This document shows, in pieces, positions 46,501-55,405 of a stretch of DNA of 64,000 nt. The stretch lies in IMG/VR virus record IMGVR_UViG_3300009177_000028, positions 1 to 64,000 of that record. One strand, given 5' to 3'. The notes beneath the pieces were generated by a model. That model had not been told where the DNA came from. It ran no database searches and saw only the letters and a program-made list of their open reading frames with translations. The position numbers and the translations under genes were made by a program. Every line of letters starts with the position of its first letter. Position 1 is the stretch's first letter.

Positions 46501-48589
46501 CAATCGCATGCCAAGTTCCGTCTTTTATAAGATGATGTATTTGAAGCAAAGCCTAGGAATTCAAATTTTCCCTAAGTTTTTGGATGATATTTTCAAAGAC
46601 AAATTAAGTACATTAAGAAGTAGGCTAGAAGTTTTAGAAGATCAAATCCGTTTGGATTGTGCCGTCTTAAATTATAATGACGACTCTTCTGCTATGGCAT
46701 TCATTTTAGGCAGTGGAGCTACTAGTGGTACAGGAGACTCATTCGCCTTCCTATCTGATGACGCTAATAAGGGTCAAATTTCAGACTTTGCTAATTTGAT
46801 TATTCAAGCTAACCCAGACGACCGTGATTCTAAATTACCTCAAGATCTAGAAATTTTTGACAATGTCAAGAATAAGACTATCAAAATATCAAACAAAGAT
46901 GTATTCTCTAATTCAACTAAGTACTCGGCTATAGTTCAATCATTAAAGAGCCAAGAATTAAATGCAGATGGTATTGCAACTATTACTGATGTAAACTTTT
47001 TAAGCAATACAAGGGCTGATGATTTAATCAATAGAATATTTACTAAATCGGGGCAACGTGTAGATAAAAGAGATTATTTTGTTAAGACAGATGAAAAAGT
47101 ATACGGGGTTCAATCACCTATTAATACAACAATTGATGTCTTTAAAGTTATTCAAGACCTATCTGATAAAATTAAGGAAAGACAGAAGGCACTTAAGCTA
47201 TTTTACGATACACTAAAGGGATCTAGAGAATTTAATTCCCTAGATGATGACAAGAGTACTGCCAACGCACTTATCACTCCTGGTGTTTATGGTAACTCTC
47301 ATATTCCAGAAGTGTTTGAGCACATGATTGAAGACGAGACCTACGATGATTATGGCCTTAATTCTGGAAAACGATACATCATTAAGAGAGCCCAGATAAG
47401 AAGTCTTAATATTTCAGAGAATCCTCCAGACTATACAGCTATAGAGGTACAGGGACAACTTAATCCTGCCCTTGATAATAGTGATCTTCCCTCTGGATTG
47501 ACGGGCATTTTCCCTTCCAATGGTAATGGGTTAACAACTGCCATGGCAGTTGATTATGACCTTTGGAGAATGTATGGGTATAAGCAGGGCTCGGCCATTA
47601 ACGTACCATTCTTAAGTGATCCTGTATCCCAGTGCAGTCCATATGCGACTATGTTGCTTAGTAGAAATAGAAAAAACATTCTGCGTGGCTCAGTTACAAT
47701 TTCTGGCAACGAATTTATGCAGCCAGGAGAAGTAGTCTTTTTGGAAGATAGACAACTATTGTTTTACGTAAGTTCAGTAAAGCATAATTTTACTTTCCCT
47801 AGTTCTTTTACCACAACACTTGATTTAACTTACGGACATCCACCTGGAGAGTACATTCCAACCGTCAGTGATATGATTGGAAAGATGATCTATAATAATA
47901 AGGATGTTGCCGACCTAGTTGTTCATAGACAGGAAACTTCCGCTAATGAAATAAATATGGGAGTAATAATTAGAGGGACCGACAGCACTACTGGACAGGC
48001 TAATAATACAGTTGTAAATCAAGCTACTCCAGATGGATTTACAACTACTTTTTCTGCTCACAACGCTCAAGTTATCAATAATATTTTGTATACTACTCAA
48101 TATATGATAAATGCAAATAGCAATAAGGGCAACAATATAACGGCCAGAGTTGAACTAAGAACTTATTATGATGATAAAAATTCATCAGATATTGATCTAC
48201 AACAATTTGCCGAAGGTATTAGACAGTTGTTAGTTGGCTCAGATTCTGGATTAAGTGCTTTCACTACTGTTAAGCAAGGTAATCCTCCTAAATCATTAGA
48301 TCCTAAATTTGTTAAATCGGTCAGCGAGTCCACTGTTGATCTAAGTGATGAAAATGATAGAAGGAGCCCATCTCAAAAAGCTATTGACGCTGCACGTAAT
48401 CATAAAGCTGCAATTTCTAAGAATGGTGGGGGCGCATCATCCCCTGGCAATAACTCCGATGGTGGTGATCCAACTGTTTCTGCAATAAAAAATGAAAAAG
48501 CGGATATAAAAACAGCACTCTTGAAATATGTAGTAGACTGCTGGGTCTCTTTTGATCCGGTATCACCACAAGAATCTAATGGGTCCTAA
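43511..48589 (+). CDS. Large baseplate hub protein (gp27/gpD-like)
   Basis: LEVFCDSQGHIRCRPP and VTISGNEFMQPGEVV...YVSSVKHNF...TTTLDLTYG hub motifs; 1692 aa. Confidence 0.75.
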   Translation: MSFLGALADQISSQFSLGENTNHTLDSIDPDTGKVEKYGSLGDFAKHFDQSSERRYVEEGYLRKDPYNTDPKQFEVLMQEPNATVLLKKRMFSSVGDNFRPDFMDKDEKLYYRAMKILFQNKCKQIAALEKLSKIQKITSAVGSVPDQLMPIIFTLTDSFNSGLDSGSNLFGALGGPGPLASEPSNFTKVIDRLRRVYAFNTANTTTNWITDSTNLFQAQFGQGTGVIELTNFSSFSTSTSTSIDTPGSFRISIEDPYECMLITEYDIEKAISDATNMFYNKKLFQFAKENSDKLINDLQSRLNKIRASRNASPISIKVDPDTLLGRRVIAILDRRGIELPFTYDSSSAAAIFSGGAFGSGTEVPDEYLRGGSVAGEDGLDTHKQVFSNIQFSSLVTPSKHHGPDSEFSIFNRLISTIYSKLSQDANSRNAFQTTNQNTNYTRRKLRFNFSGKLIVQPMDTAHIYINSKSRWDEKLLSGLQNMFTGLGMLQNINNTLTNLANAVGALNPSGNVPLEIEKSAFVGKDFPNFLWSMVRGQFVSENEGTHVFAGIVQNASDNWSNGKFTIDINGGDNSLYFDMGKINFKPGVDVYNGSIFDPLTPFKSNFDSINSNINGSEIPELLNENKFLLGTQQGNTVIDKSLVKFKLGRYAGQLVNENSVVQDRNFDPVTGRSTKVFYAPDGLVYKWKEGIGVFTQFGTNLTVNDADKVGAPSISKEPFAGQNVMNVLSLLIAGVPYNFATYYKAAVEFDGAGADPQSKQSMAHSFYQSLRTDLVKSNTLWGNFVPFKNLVVDEESYVKHLQKVTTVIQKNKDLDAKIRELQDLNQAAIIASAANAFSEKAKYGDGSRFLPIKAKVDELSKQVDSIIKEIKKSDDDSIQQVGDDTSFDYSEFVDSGKTGKTLAADRRLLRRQLNFLTRRMSYNVRANEDKNLFIVDDFYDKDFDILAYEKTLTNGISLYNNQFTSVRDKIQHVANLLNLEVFCDSQGHIRCRPPQYNRMPSSVFYKMMYLKQSLGIQIFPKFLDDIFKDKLSTLRSRLEVLEDQIRLDCAVLNYNDDSSAMAFILGSGATSGTGDSFAFLSDDANKGQISDFANLIIQANPDDRDSKLPQDLEIFDNVKNKTIKISNKDVFSNSTKYSAIVQSLKSQELNADGIATITDVNFLSNTRADDLINRIFTKSGQRVDKRDYFVKTDEKVYGVQSPINTTIDVFKVIQDLSDKIKERQKALKLFYDTLKGSREFNSLDDDKSTANALITPGVYGNSHIPEVFEHMIEDETYDDYGLNSGKRYIIKRAQIRSLNISENPPDYTAIEVQGQLNPALDNSDLPSGLTGIFPSNGNGLTTAMAVDYDLWRMYGYKQGSAINVPFLSDPVSQCSPYATMLLSRNRKNILRGSVTISGNEFMQPGEVVFLEDRQLLFYVSSVKHNFTFPSSFTTTLDLTYGHPPGEYIPTVSDMIGKMIYNNKDVADLVVHRQETSANEINMGVIIRGTDSTTGQANNTVVNQATPDGFTTTFSAHNAQVINNILYTTQYMINANSNKGNNITARVELRTYYDDKNSSDIDLQQFAEGIRQLLVGSDSGLSAFTTVKQGNPPKSLDPKFVKSVSESTVDLSDENDRRSPSQKAIDAARNHKAAISKNGGGASSPGNNSDGGDPTVSAIKNEKADIKTALLKYVVDCWVSFDPVSPQESNGS

Positions 48590-48591
48590 AC

Positions 48592-50643
48592 ATGGTAGGT
48601 AGTATTAATCAACATGACGAAGCGGTTGGTTTGCTTAGAAGAGCGACCATCATTAAGTGCTTCCCTAATAATGGAGTAATGAAAGTAAGACTGGCTAATA
48701 AACAGTCTTTACAAGGCCAAAGTGCGACTAGCGATATCGAAATTCCTTTACCACATTCTATGTTTTATAATAATGGAATGTATATAGGATCATATCCGGC
48801 AGAAGGTACACCAATTATTGTTGGGCAAGGAAGTGGTAATCAGTATTACTTCGTATCTTTCTTTGCTGATGTTAATTATAAAAACGTTCCTAATCTTAAA
48901 TTAGGCGAGCTATTACTTCAAAGTAATCAAGATACCAAAATAACTTTAGGTCAAGGTAGTGCTGATAAAGATGATAACTTTAATATCAACATTGGATCTG
49001 ATATTAATAAGATACACATCAATACTCGTTCAAGCTTAATTACTACTACGTTTAATAATCAAAATCATTTTACTCATGCTAGTCGTAAAGTTGAGGGAGT
49101 AGTTAAAAGAGATTTGATTAGAAACACTAAGATTACTCAAGACAATAAACTAGAGAGTGATGATTACGACTCTAAGTTTAAAGTCGTTGGCATGGACCCA
49201 AGCTCCACGGCTAACTCTTTTATTACGGGGTCCAATAAGAATCCGCCATTTGTAGAGAGTAGAGAGATTGTCTATGAATTTCAGTATGCTTCTGATGTAG
49301 ATAATGATCCTAAGGAAGCCACCCGCTATGGAACTGAGAAACCAACTCCACTGGATTTGTCCTTCCCCAATAGAAGGAAAAGCAGAGCTGATACCTTAAG
49401 CTTATCTTTAGTAGCTCCTAATTTTCTAATAGAGACAATTAAGGGTACCGTTGTAGATATCTTTGGTAACATTCTTGATATCAACAGATTTCCACTACCC
49501 ATTGGCAAGACACATGGCCAAAATACAATCAATAAAGATCAAAGCACGGACAAAGTAGCCTCTTTCTTAACTATTAAAGAAATTGAAAGAAAGAGTTTGG
49601 CTTATCATTTTGAGATAAACGCTAGAAAGAATTTAATATCTCCTGCTGGCTTGTCCTTACCCGATATCAAATCAAATGCTGACTGGGCCCGCAACCGAAG
49701 CCGTTTCTTTGTGGACATCGATAAAGAAGGTCAGTTTAAATTGAATGTACCAGCCTCTAGCGAAGTTGGAAATATTCCATTATTGACTAGATATGAAAAC
49801 TACTCTACATTTGGAGATGATAATAACAATCCAAATAAGTTAGTTTATAGATCTGACAATATAGATATTTATCAAGATTCCTTTGCATCCACTTCTTATA
49901 CTTCAACTACTGCTGGATTTATTCCGGCTACTGATGGCAGTAAGGGATCTATTGAGTTGAAGACTGGTGGTGGGGCGTCTCCTGCTCCACAGGACAGAAT
50001 TACTGGGCAAGTCATTAAGCACGGTACTGCTTATCATGACATCTTACAGACTTGTTTCATTCATCAAAACAATGATTTCTTAAATTACCAAGCTGGTGAA
50101 GTTGATCCGCTCACTGTAAATTTGAGCACTATTCCTGCGCTTAAAAATATTGTTTCCAAAACCATCATCGTTTCTGGAGATAATGCAAATGCGGGCGGTC
50201 GTAGCGGTTCATTAAATTTTGATGGATCTTTAGAAATGAATATTGGTGCTAATACGGTGGATAGACAATCATTATGGTTGGATACTGCTGGCGGATTAGT
50301 GGCCAACATTGGTCGAGATATTAATGGTAGAAGTATCATGATGGCAACTGGTGGAGATTTTTATCTTCAAGTTGGTGGCTTTGGTGTAACAGGCGATAGC
50401 CGATTTATTACTCAAAACAACGGCATTAAAGCTGGTGTTCTTGATTTAAGAATTGTTGGAGCTGGCGGCTACTGCCACATGATCCGATGTGATGATTTTG
50501 GTATTACTATTATGACACCTGGTTCTTTTAAGGCTCATTCTAAGGGAGAAATGATTTTAACCTCAGATACATCAATTAAAATTGAAAGCCCTCAGTTAGT
50601 TATTCAAGAAAGACCAGTTCTAAGGGGACTTCCATCTATTTAA
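48592..50643 (+). CDS. Baseplate central spike (gp5/gpV-like)
   Basis: N-terminal OB-fold pattern (RATIIK...VMKVRL...YPAEGTPIIVG) and C-terminal beta-helix strands; follows the hub gene. Confidence 0.65.
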   Translation: MVGSINQHDEAVGLLRRATIIKCFPNNGVMKVRLANKQSLQGQSATSDIEIPLPHSMFYNNGMYIGSYPAEGTPIIVGQGSGNQYYFVSFFADVNYKNVPNLKLGELLLQSNQDTKITLGQGSADKDDNFNINIGSDINKIHINTRSSLITTTFNNQNHFTHASRKVEGVVKRDLIRNTKITQDNKLESDDYDSKFKVVGMDPSSTANSFITGSNKNPPFVESREIVYEFQYASDVDNDPKEATRYGTEKPTPLDLSFPNRRKSRADTLSLSLVAPNFLIETIKGTVVDIFGNILDINRFPLPIGKTHGQNTINKDQSTDKVASFLTIKEIERKSLAYHFEINARKNLISPAGLSLPDIKSNADWARNRSRFFVDIDKEGQFKLNVPASSEVGNIPLLTRYENYSTFGDDNNNPNKLVYRSDNIDIYQDSFASTSYTSTTAGFIPATDGSKGSIELKTGGGASPAPQDRITGQVIKHGTAYHDILQTCFIHQNNDFLNYQAGEVDPLTVNLSTIPALKNIVSKTIIVSGDNANAGGRSGSLNFDGSLEMNIGANTVDRQSLWLDTAGGLVANIGRDINGRSIMMATGGDFYLQVGGFGVTGDSRFITQNNGIKAGVLDLRIVGAGGYCHMIRCDDFGITIMTPGSFKAHSKGEMILTSDTSIKIESPQLVIQERPVLRGLPSI

Positions 50644-50651
50644 GGAGATTT

Positions 50652-51008
50652 ATGACTAAATTAAATTCTGTTATCCACCGTAAACTATTGGCACAGGCTG
50701 AAGAAGCTAGAGAAAAGAAAATGACCAAATTAGCCGAATGCATCGAAAGCTCTATTGGTCAAGAGGCAGCAGAAGAATTAGGAGAGTACCCATACACTCA
50801 ACTCCGAGAAGATATTCATTTGGATTTGTGGAAGTCTGCGGCTCGTTTGATGGCCTACTATGATATGGAAAGTGCTGATGCCGAAAAAGTAAATGAGGCA
50901 ATTGTCCATTTAGCCTCCAAAGTACTAGATGAATTGGAAAGCACATTGGGTGTAGACTCTATTGTTATAGGGCCTCTAGAACCTAAAGTTCCCGGCGAAA
51001 ACAAATAA
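50652..51008 (+). CDS. Hypothetical helical protein
   Basis: 118 aa; AAGGAG RBS. Confidence 0.75.
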   Translation: MTKLNSVIHRKLLAQAEEAREKKMTKLAECIESSIGQEAAEELGEYPYTQLREDIHLDLWKSAARLMAYYDMESADAEKVNEAIVHLASKVLDELESTLGVDSIVIGPLEPKVPGENK

Positions 51009-51028
51009 GTTGATATATACAAGGTATA

Positions 51029-53230
51029 ATGAGTCCTTGCTCGCCGAATGATGTATCTGTAAATATCCCTGATGGTCCTAGCGGTCCCGCTATTCCACCA
51101 TTTGGAACTCCCTTTTCTCTTAGTCTACCCAGTTTAAATCCATTTCCAGATGGATTCCCTGAAGATTTATTAGATCTTTTAGATAGGTTACAGCTTCTCA
51201 TTCCTCCGGGTGCTTTGAAGCCCCAATTAAATCCCAATTTTGGTAAGGATGTGTTCGACGCTATTATGAAGCTGTTGGACCAGTTCATGCCATTTTTGAT
51301 GCTGTATAAGTTCTTCCTTCCTATTCTAGAACTTATTATTTGTATTATTGAAGTTCTATGCGCTTTAATGAATCCATTCAAACTAATCAGAGCTTTGAAT
51401 AGGTTGTTCACTCGTTGTATTCCAGCATTCCTTAATTTATTTCCAATCTTTGCATTAATAATTATGATTATTTCATTGTTGCTATTAATTTTAGCACTGA
51501 TTGAATACATCATTGCTCAGATCTTAAAATTTATTAAGATGATTTTAAGAAACATTATAGCTCTTGAGAAAGCTTTCTCTGATGGCGACCAGAACAGTGT
51601 TTTGGCCATCGCCAAGAAGCTTGGATCCTTGCTATGTATTTTCCAGAACTTGTTTGTTCTTTTCGCTATCTTTAATATTATCATTCAAATCATCAAGGAT
51701 ATTCTTTCTTTGATCTTCTCCATCCCCCCATGTGACGATGGCGACCCATCTGATGAAGATGGTTGCTGTACTCCTGATGTATGCCCAGCGATTGTCAAAT
51801 CTGATTACCAGAGATTTACTGGAACCTTTAAGTATTTGCCAGCAGCTTCCGTCCAAACCTCTTTGACGTTGCCTGCCATCTTTGGAAGTACTTTTAACTT
51901 TGATGTTAGACCAGAAAGTTGGCAGTTTTACGATTTGGGACAAGAGCAGGCTCAGCAGTTCAGAAACATTTTTGATGCGTATGATGTAACAATTGTACCA
52001 AAGCCAATTTTCTTCCCAACTGATTCTACCTACAGCGCTTCAACTGATCCAAAGCAGGCCCCGTACTTGCTGGCCGTTAGAGTATTTTATGACCCAGCTC
52101 AATGGGGAAGATTTGATCCAAACATTCATGGTGTCCCAAGATACGTCAAATTCTTTAACATCATCATGACGCAAGTTCCAACTACTACTTTGACAGAGGG
52201 CGACTTAACTACTCAGACAGTTAATAATGCCGTAGCGATCTTAGCTGGTGGATATGGTTACGAAGATGATGGGACAACTCCTTTGAAGGGGTTTGCTTCC
52301 GATGGAGTTACTCAAATTGGTGACCAGGCTCGATTTGAGAATTTCTTCCACATGCCAAGTCAGACCTCAACTAATCCGGACTTGTCTATTAATGATGGCT
52401 ACACATTCTTCAATGTAGACTATACGTTCCATCCAAATGTTGCTCCATTGCTTACTAAGAATTTGGTAACTTTAGGATGCATTCCTTCGATTGCTCTAAA
52501 TAGAGCCTTCGTAAATAACATTTTTGCTGGTGATATTTCTCTAAAGACTCAATTGTTAGGCAGTTTGGTTAACGGTGCCGGATTCCCAAATCCAGGAGCA
52601 GCTCAAGAGTGCTTGACCAACGCTCTAACTAACTTGCGTTCCAACATGACCGCTGCCGGAGTCGCACAGTTCCAGACAACTGCTAACTTGTGTTTGCAGA
52701 AACTAAAGGATGATACTAACGGCGCCCTTGGGCAATTAGTAGGCATTGGTTTTGATCCTTGCAAGAGTGTATTTACAGCAGAACCAAAGTCACAATTTAC
52801 TAGTGAACCAATTCTAGTTACAGTTGACATCAATGAGAGAAATGGTTTGTCCTTAACTAAGGGAATTTCCGCCGATGTAGCTAGCAATCTAGCCGCCAGA
52901 ATTACGGCCCACGCTACCTTTGGTGTTGTCTCTAATTTTACTTACGATGGATATCAATCATTCACGGCTCACCTTACCAGCAAAACACCCGGTAGTGGAA
53001 CCATCATGATTTCTTTTGATAACAATACTTTCTGTACCAACGTATTACCAACTACTGGTGACGGAACTCCAACTCATACTCTACAATCAGTTGACTATCA
53101 ATTCGTCTACACTCCAGCCAATGCAATTGCTCCTCTTGCTCCAACTGGCGATGGCGATACGGATGGCGCTCAGCCAAGAAGAGGTCCAGAGGACATTTCT
53201 GGTGATGCAGGCGGAAAGGACGGTAGTTAA
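51029..53230 (+). CDS. Hydrophobic, Cys-rich baseplate-region protein with a C-terminal Ig-like domain
   Basis: Three long apolar helices in residues ~85-230; 14 Cys; invasin-like beta-sandwich near the C-terminus; 2 DGY. Confidence 0.55.
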   Translation: MSPCSPNDVSVNIPDGPSGPAIPPFGTPFSLSLPSLNPFPDGFPEDLLDLLDRLQLLIPPGALKPQLNPNFGKDVFDAIMKLLDQFMPFLMLYKFFLPILELIICIIEVLCALMNPFKLIRALNRLFTRCIPAFLNLFPIFALIIMIISLLLLILALIEYIIAQILKFIKMILRNIIALEKAFSDGDQNSVLAIAKKLGSLLCIFQNLFVLFAIFNIIIQIIKDILSLIFSIPPCDDGDPSDEDGCCTPDVCPAIVKSDYQRFTGTFKYLPAASVQTSLTLPAIFGSTFNFDVRPESWQFYDLGQEQAQQFRNIFDAYDVTIVPKPIFFPTDSTYSASTDPKQAPYLLAVRVFYDPAQWGRFDPNIHGVPRYVKFFNIIMTQVPTTTLTEGDLTTQTVNNAVAILAGGYGYEDDGTTPLKGFASDGVTQIGDQARFENFFHMPSQTSTNPDLSINDGYTFFNVDYTFHPNVAPLLTKNLVTLGCIPSIALNRAFVNNIFAGDISLKTQLLGSLVNGAGFPNPGAAQECLTNALTNLRSNMTAAGVAQFQTTANLCLQKLKDDTNGALGQLVGIGFDPCKSVFTAEPKSQFTSEPILVTVDINERNGLSLTKGISADVASNLAARITAHATFGVVSNFTYDGYQSFTAHLTSKTPGSGTIMISFDNNTFCTNVLPTTGDGTPTHTLQSVDYQFVYTPANAIAPLAPTGDGDTDGAQPRRGPEDISGDAGGKDGS

Positions 53231-54900
53231 TGGGTACTCCTACCAGTGCGGATACGCCTAACCAAGCCAATTATGAGGACAGTCAAAATTTTGATGTCAA
53301 TATTGGTAAGCTTGTTAAGGATTGGATTGTCCCAATTGATGAAATAAGAAGCTATGCTAGTATTGTTTCACAAACTCAAAATACTAATACTACAGACATC
53401 ACGGCGGTTGTTCAGTCCGTTAAAACTGAACAAACTGTTCAGGAAAGCCGCTGTCATGCTTTCTATAGATGGATTGGTTTTCCAGTTGTTGACGCTAGTT
53501 TAAGTAACATCTACAATCCTGGATTTGACATAGTTAAAACTGCTGACAGAAAAATTACTGTAAAAATAAAGGTTGAGAGGGCCAAGAATCCCATTACAAG
53601 TCCTAAAAAATTTAATGACCTTTCCATTTTACGAGAAAAGGTTGCTCAGACTTATTTGAAAATATTTTCTAATAACACAAGTATTGATGCTGCCGTTCTG
53701 GCGCTATCCAATGGCGGTACCAAGAGTATTAGAAAGTTTGTACTTCCATTAGAGCAAAGCTCGTCTCCATTTGATATGGACTCAGAAAATCAATCCTTTC
53801 AAATAAACATAGAATCATTAGTTGGCGAAAATGAAACTCCATTAAGTTTGTATCAGGATTCAAGCGGTAAATTTCCTTCTCAGTTGGCCAGAAAAAGATA
53901 TCATCTTATTAGGCCGTTTATTGTAGATCCTAGAATTGATTTTACTGTTTCTCCACAAAATAAACTTGTGGCAGTTCCATTTGTTTCTGATAACAGCTTT
54001 CTTAAAGTTGATTCCACGCATTCCGTGCGCCGCCCATTGATTGAAAAGATTATTAGAGATCGATTTGCTGTTAAAGATGTAGCTGCTGAATCTGGCACTT
54101 CAGCTAACACTATTCTAAAAATTATTGCTGACTATCCAGATATTAAAGATAATAATTTGGTTAGCTTAGCAACTAATCCTGGAAACTTACTTAAACAATC
54201 GGAGCAGATTCAGTTAAACGAATCAATTAACGTAATTAAGTCGCTGATGGGTAAGCTGGTAGAAGCTCAAAATACTATTAGAGAAGTCCAGGGAGAATAT
54301 TATTGGGTACCAATTCCATCGGCTAGCGGACCAGAGGGTGGTGTTACCTCAGCAAGCGTTTTCTTTCCAACCATTATCAATCCAGCGTTGGTAACTGAAA
54401 AAGATGCTGCTATTTTTCTTTCGGCCGCCTCTATTCTTACAGACAGTATTAATACTCAAGGAAATGCAGCAAAAGCTACTCCGGATCCGGGAAGTTTTGG
54501 ATTGCCTTCTTATACCACAACCTTCGGAACAGATACTACCAATGCTCTAGGTGACAACTCTAGTAGCAACTTAGAAACTTTGTCACAAAGACGCGCCCGA
54601 AGATTGTCGGATGCCGCTACTGCCCTGCAAACTATTGAAATTATTACAGGAGATTTCAGTGGCTTGGGCTTATGCGATATTGTTGCGATTATCAGTGCCT
54701 TAAATGTTATTCCAAAAGAAAATTTGCTGGGATTTTTAGATGCCGACGCTCAAACGCGAGCAAAAGCCTCTGTTCCTGAGTTGGCCGGGGTATCTCCAAT
54801 TGCGTATGGGACTGCCATGCAGAAGTTTTGTGAGACCGTCAAGGATTTTTACAATCTAATGGATAAGATTTACTTAGATCGTTTGAATAATGGCTCATAA
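53230..54900 (+). CDS. Hypothetical baseplate-region protein
   Basis: 556 aa; TAATG coupling to the upstream gene. Confidence 0.65.
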   Translation: MGTPTSADTPNQANYEDSQNFDVNIGKLVKDWIVPIDEIRSYASIVSQTQNTNTTDITAVVQSVKTEQTVQESRCHAFYRWIGFPVVDASLSNIYNPGFDIVKTADRKITVKIKVERAKNPITSPKKFNDLSILREKVAQTYLKIFSNNTSIDAAVLALSNGGTKSIRKFVLPLEQSSSPFDMDSENQSFQINIESLVGENETPLSLYQDSSGKFPSQLARKRYHLIRPFIVDPRIDFTVSPQNKLVAVPFVSDNSFLKVDSTHSVRRPLIEKIIRDRFAVKDVAAESGTSANTILKIIADYPDIKDNNLVSLATNPGNLLKQSEQIQLNESINVIKSLMGKLVEAQNTIREVQGEYYWVPIPSASGPEGGVTSASVFFPTIINPALVTEKDAAIFLSAASILTDSINTQGNAAKATPDPGSFGLPSYTTTFGTDTTNALGDNSSSNLETLSQRRARRLSDAATALQTIEIITGDFSGLGLCDIVAIISALNVIPKENLLGFLDADAQTRAKASVPELAGVSPIAYGTAMQKFCETVKDFYNLMDKIYLDRLNNGS

Positions 54901-54950
54901 ACCCTCGGGATTATCTAATAATTCAGCATTAGGGGGTAGGAGAGCCGGAA

Positions 54951-55382
54951 ATGTCGTTTGATCTCAAGATAAGCAAGGGAGACCTTGTAATTAAACAAGG
55001 CAGTTTACTTACTGTTGTAGACAGTGAAAAACTAATCCAAGATATTTTAAAAATGGTATTAACTACGGCTGGAAGCAACCCAATCCACCCGTGGTATGGC
55101 TCTTTCATATCCAGAACTTTAGTTGGCAATCCCAATTACAGCTCTATGTTGGTGCAAATTGCTAAATCACAATTAAATACTGCTCTGCAAAATCTTAAAG
55201 ATTTACAGGATCTTCAGGTCAAATCATATCAAAGGGTTAGTGCTGACGAGCAAATTGCAACTATTTCAGATATATCTATAGTACAAAGTCAAATTGATCC
55301 AAGATTATTTGATGTTGTTATTAAGGCTTTTACTAAAGGCATGAAACCTATAACTACCGCTTTCAAGGTTTCTACAATATAA
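54951..55382 (+). CDS. Baseplate wedge subunit, gp25-like
   Basis: FDLKISKGDLVI...EKLIQDILKMVLT..GS...HPWYGS. Confidence 0.85.
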   Translation: MSFDLKISKGDLVIKQGSLLTVVDSEKLIQDILKMVLTTAGSNPIHPWYGSFISRTLVGNPNYSSMLVQIAKSQLNTALQNLKDLQDLQVKSYQRVSADEQIATISDISIVQSQIDPRLFDVVIKAFTKGMKPITTAFKVSTI

Positions 55383-55405
55383 GTCTACCTCCTTAAGGAT
55401 GAAAT

